A DNA stretch of 64,000 nt from Minisyncoccota bacterium (GCA_028690055.1 JAQVBZ010000004.1:1855-65854), one strand, 5' to 3'; counted from the stretch's first letter, positions 39,440 to 49,034 are shown. A program made the numbers and translations. Notes: generated by a model from the sequence alone, not told the origin.

Positions 39440-39582
39440 TTGTCATCCCGAAAGATGTACCCATCTGAGGGATCTGGGAAATATATCTGTTTGGGAGATA
39501 TTGATTTTATAAATATAAATTTAAAACCGCATCGTATTTTTCCCAGATTCCTCAATCGGAGTACCTCATTTCGGAATGACAA
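39440..39582. repeat. GTCA-tagged REPIN, free form of the composite inner layer
   Basis: TTGTCATCCCGAAAGATGTACCCATCTGAGGGATCTGGGAAATATAT...TTCGGAATGACAA. Confidence 0.85.
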
Positions 39583-39730
39583 AGGCGGGAGAGTATCACG
39601 AAAAAAAGAAGGTTAACGAAAAAAGAAAGCTAACGAAAAGCCAAAAAATCAATCATCTTCCTTCAGGCGAGAGAGAAGGGGGGCAGTATAATCTTCTGGA
39701 GTTATTTTAATTTAATAGATTTCATAGAAA

Positions 39731-40651
39731 ATGAATCTATATTTCTTTATCTTTGAGTTCGGAGCCATCTTTGCTTTCTTGGCTGTTCTTTTTCATGAGA
39801 GGAAAAATGCGAAGATGATCGAGGTGCTGACGCTGGCTTTCGTCTACGGTATCCTTTTGGAGGCGCTTAATATCCATATGTCACAGGGGATATATGTTTA
39901 CAATCCCGTCTTTATCTTGCAAATATTCGATATCCCTTTGGCCATCGGAGCGGGTTGGGCTATCATCTATTATCTTGCCCAAGGCACGGCGAAAAGATTT
40001 AATCTTTCTTGGTGGCAATCGTCTTTTTTGATGATGCTTATCGCGCTTTCTTATGACTTGGCGATGGACGCCATCGCTATCCGCTTGGGTTTTTGGAGTT
40101 GGAAAATTCCCCTTGACCAGGAATGGTTCGGCGTGCCTTATGATAATTTTTTTGGCTGGCTCGCAGTCGTCTGGACTTTCGCGCTTTTTATAAATCTGAG
40201 TTTTCAGGATTTTGTAAAAGAAAAATATCGCAAAATCGTCCGCTATCTCGCACCCGCCTTTGCCGCGCTTCTTTTGGGAATGGAAATAATGGTCTATATA
40301 AATCTCTCTGCTGTTTTGTCGGGCAAGTTTACTTGGGGCGAGGCGTTGGCACTCTATAACGGTCACGAATATGATTACGCTTATATCCCCGAAGTGCAAA
40401 AAGCGAAAGGCGGACTACTACTTTTTATAGTCTTATCTCTTTCTGTGCTATGTTTCTTCTGGATAAAAAAGGCGAAAGCGGTCTCGGCTCCGAAAGATAG
40501 TTTCGCGATTTATACCTCGCTGGCAATACACTCTATGTTTTTCTTTTTTCTTATTACTTCCGGAATCTATGAAGGTCATCCTATATTTATCATTATCTCT
40601 TTACTTACTTGCGCCTTCGTTCTACTTTTGGAGTCTAAGTCAAAAAGATAA
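39731..40651 (+). CDS. DUF422/CruF-like (carotenoid biosynthesis family) membrane protein
   Basis: IPLAIGAGW, DLAMD, GFWSW, WFGVPYDNFFGW. Confidence 0.7.
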   Translation: MNLYFFIFEFGAIFAFLAVLFHERKNAKMIEVLTLAFVYGILLEALNIHMSQGIYVYNPVFILQIFDIPLAIGAGWAIIYYLAQGTAKRFNLSWWQSSFLMMLIALSYDLAMDAIAIRLGFWSWKIPLDQEWFGVPYDNFFGWLAVVWTFALFINLSFQDFVKEKYRKIVRYLAPAFAALLLGMEIMVYINLSAVLSGKFTWGEALALYNGHEYDYAYIPEVQKAKGGLLLFIVLSLSVLCFFWIKKAKAVSAPKDSFAIYTSLAIHSMFFFFLITSGIYEGHPIFIIISLLTCAFVLLLESKSKR

Positions 40652-40715
40652 TGTGGGCGGTTGACTTCGTGGTTCTTATAAGATAAGATTTGAAAAAAGA
40701 GGGGGGGATGATACG

Positions 40716-40889
40716 ATGGGAGTAGGACAAATACTCGAATTTGCTGCGATGGGCGAGATACCAACCGCTGTCTCTTACCTACGTAAGTTGCTCGGACCCG
40801 GTGAAGTTACAGACAAAATCAAGGAACTGATTGAAATCGGCGATATTGAAGATGCAAGAAGTCTCTTGATCCAGGGTAGGCAATCTTAA
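40716..40889 (+). CDS. 57-aa hypothetical protein (not in ORF track)
   Basis: MGVGQILEFAAMGEIPTAVSYLRKLLGPGEVTDKIKELIEIGDIEDARSLLIQGRQS; TTGACT-17-TAAGAT at 40661, GAGGGG SD, terminator near 40942-40974. Confidence 0.6.
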   Translation: MGVGQILEFAAMGEIPTAVSYLRKLLGPGEVTDKIKELIEIGDIEDARSLLIQGRQS

Positions 40890-41091
40890 AAAGTTCTCTG
40901 ACCTATGCGGTCCATTCGTGGAAGGTCGTGACAGAAATTCAGGAGACAGCAAGAAGCTGTTCTCTATTTTTTTTCACAAAAAACCAAATCGCTCGATTAA
41001 AGTTGTTGACATATCTTTCTTTTTTGCCTATTCTATCGCTAGGGTTTTGTGCCTCGAAATAAAATGAAAAAAATAGAAGGGTGATAAGAAA

Positions 41092-41382
41092 ATGAGACCA
41101 TTAAGAATGTATCCGACCTGTGGTGTTTTTTTTAATCCCGTGGAAATACTGGGTATCCCTCGAGATCTCAGGTCTATGGGGCTGAGAAAAGCAATACTAG
41201 TTTTTTGTGATAAGAGAACGGAGTGCCAAAAAGGACTTTTCCCGGCGGAGAAGATGTATCATGTGTGCAGAGAACTTGTTCTTCTGATAAAGGAAGAATT
41301 TCCCCAGAGCACGGATCCGTTACGTTTAATGAGGTTCCCGATGCCTTTATTGCGATGCGAGAGAGAAGAACTCTCTTGTTGA
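41092..41382 (+). CDS. Hypothetical protein (96 aa orphan cassette)
   Basis: TTGACA-17-TATTCT at 41006, AAGGGTGA upstream, hairpin plus T tract at about 41406-41448. Confidence 0.55.
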   Translation: MRPLRMYPTCGVFFNPVEILGIPRDLRSMGLRKAILVFCDKRTECQKGLFPAEKMYHVCRELVLLIKEEFPQSTDPLRLMRFPMPLLRCEREELSC

Positions 41383-41626
41383 AATTGGCATTAAAAACGG
41401 ACAAGAAGGTGTAATATGCGCGAAAGCATAAGACGCCTTTTATTTTTGTCTAAATAAAGAGAAGAAAAATTCTTCAGACATTGGTAATATGGTTATGGAT
41501 ATAATTTTTAAAGGCCGAACGCACACATGCTAAAGCATGCAAAAGTTCTTTTTTTAGTTTTTCCGACCATTGACACGCGGAATAAGCGAATATATAATTA
41601 TATTCGTGCTCAATTTTAAAAAATCT

Positions 41627-42955
41627 ATGAAAACAATGATTAAGAGAATTTTGCTGTCTTCTTCCCTGATTCTTGCCGCCGCGACAATGCCCGTCAGTCT
41701 TTATGCCAGCGGGTCTGAAGCCGGCTTGCAAGAAGCGACGTCTGTTTCTGAAATACTGCTCGCGCTGATCCTTATCCTTTTTGCGGCCAAAATCGGAGGG
41801 GAACTTTTTGAGAAGATGAAACAACCCGCGGTCTTAGGCGAGCTCATATTCGGTATACTTATCGGAAATATCGCCCTTCTGTCTGGAGATGTTTTTTCTT
41901 TCGGAAATCTTTTTAGCAATGAAATCATAAGCACCTTGGCAGAGCTGGGGGTTATGATATTGCTCTTTCAAGTCGGACTTGAATCCAATATCAAAGACAT
42001 GATGAAGGTCGGGATATCATCAGTCTTGGTAGCTGTTATCGGCGTCGCCGTTCCTATGGTTTTGGGATATTTCGTTAGCAGTTGGATTTTGCCTGGGGCC
42101 GGATTCAATACTTGGTTGTTTATCGGTGCGACTCTGACTGCGACTTCTGTCGGAATCACTGCCCGTGTTTTAAAGGACTTAGGTAAACTGTCGATTCCCG
42201 AAGCGAAAATTATTCTGGGAGCCGCCGTTGTTGATGATGTTCTCGGTCTTATAATCCTTTCTATCGTCAGCGGTATCATCGTCTCCGGATCTATAAGCGT
42301 GGGGTCGATCGCCTACACCAGTTTCATCTCTTTGGCGTTTTTGGCAGGCTCTATCATTATCGGCCTCTGGACTGCGCCAAAAATAGGAGCCTGGGTTTCC
42401 AAGATGCATGTCGAGGGAATGAAGATCGTGACCGCATTTCTTTTTATGTTCATAATGTCGTATCTGGCAATCGAGGCCGGATTGGCGGCAATCGTCGGCG
42501 CCTTTGCTGCCGGACTCGTTTTGGACGATGTAATCTTTGTAAATAAAAAAGAGCATCCGATCGATGTTTTAGTGAAACCTCTTTATTGCATTTTTGTTCC
42601 TATCTTTTTTGTGTTGATGGGAATCCAGGTCGATTTATCAGTGTTTTTCGATATGCAGGTCATTATGATTGCCTTGGGAATTACAGTCGCTTCTATTATC
42701 GGCAAGCAGGCCTGTTCTGTCGGAGTCAAATGTCCCGAAGCGAGCAAGCTGATCGTCGGTATCGGAATGATTTCTCGCGGTGAAGTCGGACTTATCTTCG
42801 CCAGTGTCGGCAAGGGGTTGGGTGTCATTGATGATTCGGTTTTCGGTGCCATCGTTATTATGGTCATTTTGACTACATTGGTTACCCCGCCGCTCTTGAA
42901 ATGGAGCATACAGAGGAAAGATCTTATGTTCGACAATGTGAAGACTGATGATTGA
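41627..42955 (+). CDS. Cation:proton antiporter (CPA2/NapA-like)
   Basis: QPAVLGEL, LLFQVGLE, ATSVGIT, GAAVVDD, RGEVGLI. Confidence 0.92.
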   Translation: MKTMIKRILLSSSLILAAATMPVSLYASGSEAGLQEATSVSEILLALILILFAAKIGGELFEKMKQPAVLGELIFGILIGNIALLSGDVFSFGNLFSNEIISTLAELGVMILLFQVGLESNIKDMMKVGISSVLVAVIGVAVPMVLGYFVSSWILPGAGFNTWLFIGATLTATSVGITARVLKDLGKLSIPEAKIILGAAVVDDVLGLIILSIVSGIIVSGSISVGSIAYTSFISLAFLAGSIIIGLWTAPKIGAWVSKMHVEGMKIVTAFLFMFIMSYLAIEAGLAAIVGAFAAGLVLDDVIFVNKKEHPIDVLVKPLYCIFVPIFFVLMGIQVDLSVFFDMQVIMIALGITVASIIGKQACSVGVKCPEASKLIVGIGMISRGEVGLIFASVGKGLGVIDDSVFGAIVIMVILTTLVTPPLLKWSIQRKDLMFDNVKTDD

Positions 42956-43057
42956 TATTTGAAATATCTGACAAGCAGAGAAGTCATCGCTTCCCTGTTT
43001 TTTTATTTTCTACAAAAAAGTGATATAATGAAAATATCGAAAAAATAATCTATATCT

Positions 43058-44254
43058 ATGATCAAAAAAATCGTGAAAAAACTTAACAAGAAGAAGTATG
43101 AAGCGCTTACCGGGGGAGAGGCTACGGCGTCAGCGATGAGACAAATCAATCCTGACGTGGCGGCAATATATCCCATTACCCCGCAGACTCCTATTATCGA
43201 AGCCTTTGCCAAATTTGTGGCGGACGGAGAAGTGGACACTACGCTTATCAATGTTGAATCCGAACACAGCGCGCTTTCGGCGGTGGTCGGTGCGGCGGCG
43301 GCTGGAGGACGGGCGATGACCGCGACCTCTTCGCAGGGGTTGGCACTGATGGCGGAGGTCGTTTATATTACTTCCGGCTCGAGATTGCCCGTCGTGATGG
43401 CGATTTCCAACCGTGCTCTTTCCGCTCCGATCAATATCCATTGTGACCACACTGACTCTATGCTTTTGCGGGACTCGGGATGGATCCAAATCTATTCTGA
43501 AAGCGCGCAGGAGGCCTACGACAATACCTTGATTGCGCTTAAGGTGGCAGAGAACGCGAAAGTGCAATTGCCGGCGATGGTGATGCAGGACGGTTTCATT
43601 ACTTCGCACAATGTCGAGAATGTCTTGCTGATTGATGACAAGAAGGCAAAGGCTTACATCGGCAAATACGAGATGGAATATCCGCTTCTTAATTTCCAAA
43701 AGCCGGTAACTGTCGGTCCGGTCGATCTCTTCGACTATTTCTTCGAGCACAAATTCCAGCAGGCAGAAGCGATGGATGAGGCAAAGAAAGCCTTCAAGCT
43801 GGCGGACCAGGAATTCTATAAAATGACTGGAAGGAAATATGACCTTATTGAAGAATACAAGACTCGCGATGCCGATTTCGTGGTCGTGGCACTCTCTTCC
43901 ACCTGCGGTACGGCCAAGATGGCGGTTGATAAATTGCGCAGGGAAGGTAAGAAAGTCGGACTCCTTAAAATCAGGGTGCTGCGCCCGTTTCCGGACAAAG
44001 AAATCGCCCGCGCGCTGGAAGGCAAGAAAGCTGTGGCAGTTCTCGACCGATCCATCTCCTTCGGCTCTTATAGCCCGGTCTGCTCCGAAGTCCGCTCTGC
44101 GCTTTACTATTCGAAGAAACGTCCAAAATTACAGAATTGCATCTACGGCCTGGGCGGTAGAAACATCGGACTCGGGGATATTGAAAAAGTTTTCAGGGAA
44201 TTGATAGCCGGGAAAGTCAATGACGGAATCAAATATATCGGGCTTAGGAAATAG
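43058..44254 (+). CDS. porA: Pyruvate:ferredoxin oxidoreductase alpha subunit
   Basis: YPITPQT, VESEHSA, TATSSQGL, NRALSAPINIH.DH, YGLGG. Confidence 0.92.
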   Translation: MIKKIVKKLNKKKYEALTGGEATASAMRQINPDVAAIYPITPQTPIIEAFAKFVADGEVDTTLINVESEHSALSAVVGAAAAGGRAMTATSSQGLALMAEVVYITSGSRLPVVMAISNRALSAPINIHCDHTDSMLLRDSGWIQIYSESAQEAYDNTLIALKVAENAKVQLPAMVMQDGFITSHNVENVLLIDDKKAKAYIGKYEMEYPLLNFQKPVTVGPVDLFDYFFEHKFQQAEAMDEAKKAFKLADQEFYKMTGRKYDLIEEYKTRDADFVVVALSSTCGTAKMAVDKLRREGKKVGLLKIRVLRPFPDKEIARALEGKKAVAVLDRSISFGSYSPVCSEVRSALYYSKKRPKLQNCIYGLGGRNIGLGDIEKVFRELIAGKVNDGIKYIGLRK

Positions 44255-44262
44255 TCCATATA

Positions 44263-44296
44263 TCAAAAAACAGCATAGTGATATGTTGTTTTTTGG
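44263..44296. terminator. Bidirectional terminator after porA
   Basis: CAAAAAACAGCATA-GTGA-TATGTTGTTTTTTG. Confidence 0.75.
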
Positions 44297-44387
44297 GCTT
44301 GTTATTCTGCTATCGGTCTAATCGCTTTTCCAAATTCACAAATGATTTGCGAGCTTAGAAAAATGAAATAGGAAGAAGATGAAAGAA

Positions 44388-44636
44388 TTATTCTCTCATC
44401 TTCTCTAACGTCTTTAATGCAATTATCCATAATACCACGGATAAAAACAAGAATATGCCAGAGGCTGTCTGTCCTGTGAATAGAACGTTACTCGTGATAG
44501 TTACCTCTTGATGGGGGTCAATATTTGCTCTTATTGCATGTACGAATATCGCGCTGCAACTGAAAAATATTACTTCCGCTAATTTTTTTAAATTGTAGTT
44601 GTAATCGTTATTGTCGTTGTTATTGTTATCGTCCAA
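44388..44636 (-). CDS. Small membrane protein (orphan cassette, probable TTG start)
   Basis: TTGATA-16-TATATT promoter from 44693, GAGG SD, N/D-rich start and two hydrophobic segments. Confidence 0.45.
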   Translation of the reverse strand: MDDNNNNDNNDYNYNLKKLAEVIFFSCSAIFVHAIRANIDPHQEVTITSNVLFTGQTASGIFLFLSVVLWIIALKTLEKMRE

Positions 44637-44948
44637 TATTGTAACCTCGTTTTTCGTACTGTATAAATATACACTAAATATAAGAAATATCAATGGCAGA
44701 AGGTAATGTATATATGTTTGTCTTGATAAAGATATCTGAAATCTGGTTTATTAAGTATTTGATGCTGAGTCTTGAAATACGGATATCTTTTGATTCGTAA
44801 ATATTGTGATTGCCATGTCGGAAAGTGCATGAGATGTTGAGCCCTTACGGCCCGCAATGGTAGAAAGAAACATTCTCTTCATATATACGGTTGCCCGATT
44901 TCTCTTATTATGCTAAATTATAAAAAGTTAATAAACTCTCATTCTGAT

Positions 44949-45635
44949 ATGAAAAAAGGAAATACTTACATTCTGTCTCTCGGAGGATCGTTGATCGTTC
45001 CGGATGAGGTCGATTACAAGTTTTTGAAGGGCTTTGTGGAATTGATTACGAAGAGAACCGAGCAGGGCGATAAATTTGTAATCGTCTGTGGCGGGGGAGG
45101 AGTCAACCGCAAATACAATCAGGCGGCGCAGAAGGTGCGTCCGATGTCCAATACTGAATTGGACTGGCTGGGCATTCATGCCACGCGTTATAATGCGCAG
45201 CTGGTGCGGCTACTATTCGGTAAGATCGCTTACGAAGAAGTGGTCGTTAATCCTTACGAGAAGGCCGTGACTCGAAAGCCGGTTATAATTGGCGCTGGAT
45301 ACGAGCCGGGGTGGTCGAGTGACTACGACGCGGTCTATCTGGCGGACACATACAAAATCAAGAATATCGCCAACCTCTCCAATATCGATTATGCCTATGA
45401 CAAAGATCCTCGCAAATTCAAGGATGCTCAGAAAATCAAAGATATTAGCTGGAAAGATTTTCGCAAAATCGTCGGCGACAAATGGGAACCGCGTATGAGC
45501 AAGCCTTTCGACCCCATCGCCAGTCGTGAAGCGGAGAAATTGGGATTGCAAGTCGTGATTATGAACGGCAAGAAGCTGAAGAATTTGGAAAAATATTTGA
45601 ATGGAGAGAAATTTCAGGGGACGGTGATAAAATAA
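44949..45635 (+). CDS. pyrH: UMP kinase, archaeal-type
   Basis: LSLGGS, VCGGG, PGWSSDYDAV, YDKDP, PFDPIAS. Confidence 0.9.
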   Translation: MKKGNTYILSLGGSLIVPDEVDYKFLKGFVELITKRTEQGDKFVIVCGGGGVNRKYNQAAQKVRPMSNTELDWLGIHATRYNAQLVRLLFGKIAYEEVVVNPYEKAVTRKPVIIGAGYEPGWSSDYDAVYLADTYKIKNIANLSNIDYAYDKDPRKFKDAQKIKDISWKDFRKIVGDKWEPRMSKPFDPIASREAEKLGLQVVIMNGKKLKNLEKYLNGEKFQGTVIK

Positions 45636-45688
45636 TGTTTAAATAGAATAAGACGGCCTCGTGTCGTCTTTTTTTTGGTATGATAAAT

Positions 45689-45862
45689 GGAGTAGCGGGA
45701 TTTATCCCGCGCGGTTGTCCCAAGCCACTAAACCCTTCGCAATCGCACTTCCTATTCACATAAGATAGCAGCGCAGGTTAAAACCTGCTACTCCATCGTG
45801 TTTTTAGCAATTGTACGTTCTATTCGCGTAGGACAACTGCGCAGACTAAAGTCTGCTACTCC
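45689..45862. repeat. GGAGTAG-type REP doublet (45689-45794) plus an extra half (45831-45862)
   Basis: GGAGTAGCGGGATTTATCCCGCGC; GCGCAGGTTAAAACCTGCTACTCC; GCGCAGACTAAAGTCTGCTACTCC. Confidence 0.85.
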
Positions 45863-45936
45863 AAATTCTTATCGCTTGACAGCCCTTGGTATTTTTTATT
45901 TTTATGCTATCATAAAACAAAAAGCGAGGATTTACT

Positions 45937-46098
45937 ATGGATTGTGCATCGGAGATACTCTCATTTAAAATTCTATTAGGTTACATAGGGTGGAAAGGAT
46001 GTTTGCTAATATTATGGGTTTGTTTTATTTTCGAGGTACTGGTGGTATATTTGCCGCGGTATATAGATAGAAAAAAGAAACCCAATGATCTTAAGTAA
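45937..46098 (+). CDS. 53-aa single-TM protein (not in ORF track)
   Basis: MDCASEILSFKILLGYIGWKGCLLILWVCFIFEVLVVYLPRYIDRKKKPNDLK; GAGG SD, TGcTATCAT at 45905. Confidence 0.5.
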   Translation: MDCASEILSFKILLGYIGWKGCLLILWVCFIFEVLVVYLPRYIDRKKKPNDLK

Positions 46099-46222
46099 AT
46101 TTTTATTGTTTACGAATCATAGGATTACATCACAAAATAAGATTAAGGTTAAAAGATTGAACTGGCTTGCTTATTACTTATCAGCTTTTTTAATCTTTAT
46201 TTTTTTGTGCTAAGATAAGACT

Positions 46223-46876
46223 ATGGAAGAAATCAAACTGGACTCTCGGAGTCCGCAAACAATCGAATTTTCTCTAGAAAAATCACGACAGGCCTTGGTG
46301 GGTGGAGGTGTGATTGCTTTTCCTACGGATACGATTTATGGTTTGGGGGCGAATGCCTTTGACGAAGAGGCGATTTTGAAGGTTTACAGGATAAAAGAGC
46401 GGAATATTAATAAGCCTCTCTCAATTCTGGTCCGGGATATTTCGATGGCCAAAAAGGTGGCTTGCATAGACTCTCGGGCGGAGAAGATTCTGGAGAAGCT
46501 TTGGCCGGATTCTGTCACTGTTATTTTGCGTAAAAAAGATATTTTGCCGTATGCGCTTACCGGGGGCGAAGAAAATGTAGCTATGCGGATTTCCGGCAAT
46601 CTTTTTGTCAAAAGTTTATTCTCTCAAATCGATTTTCCCATCACAGCCACCAGCGCCAATATTGCAGGAGAACCCGATCTGCTCACGGCCGACGCAATCA
46701 AAGAAAAATTTTCCTGCAGAGAGAATTCTCCCGACCTTTTTATAAATAGCGGTGATCTCGATAATCATCTGCCTTCGACTATCATAGACCTTACGGACGT
46801 CAATAATCCTCGCTTGGTTCGGATGGGGATGGTGAGCAAGGACAAGCTGAGCGCCTTTTTTAAGAAATTCGAGTAA
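46223..46876 (+). CDS. tsaC: L-threonylcarbamoyladenylate synthase (TsaC/Sua5/YrdC)
   Basis: FPTDTIYGLG, IKER..KPL, PITATSAN, PSTIID. Confidence 0.92.
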   Translation: MEEIKLDSRSPQTIEFSLEKSRQALVGGGVIAFPTDTIYGLGANAFDEEAILKVYRIKERNINKPLSILVRDISMAKKVACIDSRAEKILEKLWPDSVTVILRKKDILPYALTGGEENVAMRISGNLFVKSLFSQIDFPITATSANIAGEPDLLTADAIKEKFSCRENSPDLFINSGDLDNHLPSTIIDLTDVNNPRLVRMGMVSKDKLSAFFKKFE

Positions 46877-46920
46877 TAGGGCTGCGTTTAATGATTAAAT
46901 ACAATTTGTTTGCCATTCCT

Positions 46921-47210
46921 GTACAAGTTTAATAATTCACTAATTGAATTGTAATTGAAACAAATACACTCGTAATTTGTCACCCCGAAAGGCGTAATCG
47001 CATGAGGGGTCCGGGAAATATATAAACGATTGTGAATGTTATTTATAAAGATAACTTTATTATCAAGTATGGTACCTTTCCCGGATTCCGGGGTAGCAGA
47101 GGGTACAAAATATTGTGCCCCTACAATTCGGAACGACAAAATATATTTGTTTTTTAAAGTACGGAAGTATCTATCCTGTTAAAACTGTCAGTGGATTATT
47201 AAACTTGTAC
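46921..47210 (+). mobile_element. 290-bp nested composite element, copy 2
   Basis: TIR GTACAAGTTTAATAATTCACT / AGTGGATTATTAAACTTGTAC; colinear with 27933-28225. Confidence 0.85.
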
Positions 47211-47303
47211 GGGGATGGCAGAAACAGCTTTGCTCTTAGATGACAAACAAGAGTTTACATAATATAATACAATTATCAATATTAAAATCTAAGAACAAAC
47301 ACA

Positions 47304-48128
47304 ATGGAAATCTTGCAGTCAATCGTGTTGGGAATCATTCAGGGCTTGGGAGAATTCTTGCCTATCTCTAGTTCGGGGCATTTGGTAGTTTTGCCAAAGA
47401 TATTCGGCTGGGACGATCAGGGTTTGGCTTTTGATGTGGCGCTTCATTTCGGCACGCTCTTAGCGATTCTTATCTACTTCTATGAAGACTGGAAAAGGAT
47501 TATTTCTAAGTCATATTTTTTAAAGCAGACCGGCAGAATTTTCATCGACCGTGACCGAGAATTTTTCAAAATAAATAAGCTCAAGGAAGATACGCTGGTC
47601 ATTATCGGCATAGCCACTATCCCGGGGGTTTTGGCTGGTTTATTACTTGAAGACTATGCGGCAACTATCTTTCGAAACCCTATCTTGGTAGGATTTACTC
47701 TGCTTTTTGGGGCGATGATACTTTTTTATGCGGACAAAGCCGGTAAGAAGAAGCTGGACACCAAAGACATTACTCTAAAAATCGCATTTATTATCGGACT
47801 CTTTCAGATGCTCGCCGTCGTACCGGGAATGTCCCGCAGCGGTATGACCATCTCCGCCGCGCTCTTGTTGGGACTCAATCGCACCTCCGCTGCTCGTTTT
47901 TCTTTTCTTTTGGCGACACCTATCGTATTGGGCGCGACAATCAAGGAGTATTCGACATTTATGGCAGCAGGATGGGATATCAATCTGCTCGTCGGTGTTC
48001 TTGCAGCTTTCGGCAGCGGCTATCTGGCAATCAAATATATGCTTAAATATCTTGAAAAACAGAGTTATAATATTTTTGTGATTTATCGGATAGCACTTGC
48101 ACTGGTGATATTTTTATTATTTTATTAA
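47304..48128 (+). CDS. uppP: Undecaprenyl-diphosphate phosphatase
   Basis: QGLGEFLPISSSGH, PGMSRSG.TI, AARFSFL. Confidence 0.96.
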   Translation: MEILQSIVLGIIQGLGEFLPISSSGHLVVLPKIFGWDDQGLAFDVALHFGTLLAILIYFYEDWKRIISKSYFLKQTGRIFIDRDREFFKINKLKEDTLVIIGIATIPGVLAGLLLEDYAATIFRNPILVGFTLLFGAMILFYADKAGKKKLDTKDITLKIAFIIGLFQMLAVVPGMSRSGMTISAALLLGLNRTSAARFSFLLATPIVLGATIKEYSTFMAAGWDINLLVGVLAAFGSGYLAIKYMLKYLEKQSYNIFVIYRIALALVIFLLFY

Positions 48129-48141
48129 ATAAAAGCCAAAT

Positions 48142-48585
48142 ATGGAATCCTCAGGTCTAGGCGCCGATTCAATGAAGCAATCGGTTATTCTAGAAGATAA
48201 AAAGTTACCGCATAGCGATGTCTACACCAGATTGGGGTGTTCGCAGATCCATGGAGTCGGAGTTTTTGCCATCAGAGATATTCCGGCAAACATGAATATT
48301 TTCGGTGATGACCCCGACGAAGTTTTTCTAGTCGATAAGAGCGTCGTTGAAGCGCAGGACGAAGAAATCCGTAAGCTTTATTATGATTTTTGTGCCATAG
48401 AAGATGGGAGGTACTGTTGTCCGGAAAGTTTTAACCGGATGACGGTTTTTTGGTATTTCAATGAATCCAAATCTCCCAACACGAGATCTAATGGGCATGA
48501 ATTCTATGCGCTCAGGGATATCAAAAAAGGGGAAGAGCTGACTGTGGATTACTCTACTTTCAGCGAGGAGGCGGAGAATGTTTAA
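48142..48585 (+). CDS. SET domain protein
   Basis: SQIHGVGVFA.RDI, FNESKSPN, ALRDIKKGEELTVDY. Confidence 0.85.
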   Translation: MESSGLGADSMKQSVILEDKKLPHSDVYTRLGCSQIHGVGVFAIRDIPANMNIFGDDPDEVFLVDKSVVEAQDEEIRKLYYDFCAIEDGRYCCPESFNRMTVFWYFNESKSPNTRSNGHEFYALRDIKKGEELTVDYSTFSEEAENV

Positions 48586-48626
48586 GTAAATGATAAAGTA
48601 TAAAAATGGATACTAAAATGGGGTGA

Positions 48627-49034
48627 ATGGACCACCTGCCTAAAATAATCTGCCAGGCGATCCCACACAAAGAGCAGTCGTATGATACAATCGGGGATTA
48701 TAGGGAAGAAAACGGGGATTGGGTTTTCAGCGTATCTCAAATGACCACTGATTATGAATTTATGGTAATTATTCACGAGATGGTTGAATGGTATCTGACG
48801 CAAAGAAATGGCGCAAAAGATGAAGAAATCGTCGCTTTTGATAGGAAGTTTAAGGAGGAACAATCTATGGGGCAGCACCCGGACATCGACGAACCGGGAG
48901 ACTCGCCGGATTGTCCTTATAAGAAAGAGCATTTCTTTGCCGCCAATATCGAGCGAATGATTGCGGATAAACTAGGCGTTGATTGGAAAGAATACGATAG
49001 CGCGCAGTCGCCGGGGTCGGAATTTCGGGGATAA
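48627..49034 (+). CDS. Hypothetical protein with putative metal-binding motifs
   Basis: IHEMVE, EPGD..DCPY..EH. Confidence 0.7.
   Translation: MDHLPKIICQAIPHKEQSYDTIGDYREENGDWVFSVSQMTTDYEFMVIIHEMVEWYLTQRNGAKDEEIVAFDRKFKEEQSMGQHPDIDEPGDSPDCPYKKEHFFAANIERMIADKLGVDWKEYDSAQSPGSEFRG

Noticed and set aside
39599-39640. Short tandem repeat CGAAAAAA(A)GAA(G/A)G(T/C)TAA
   Set aside because: About two low-complexity copies, compatible with simple slippage.
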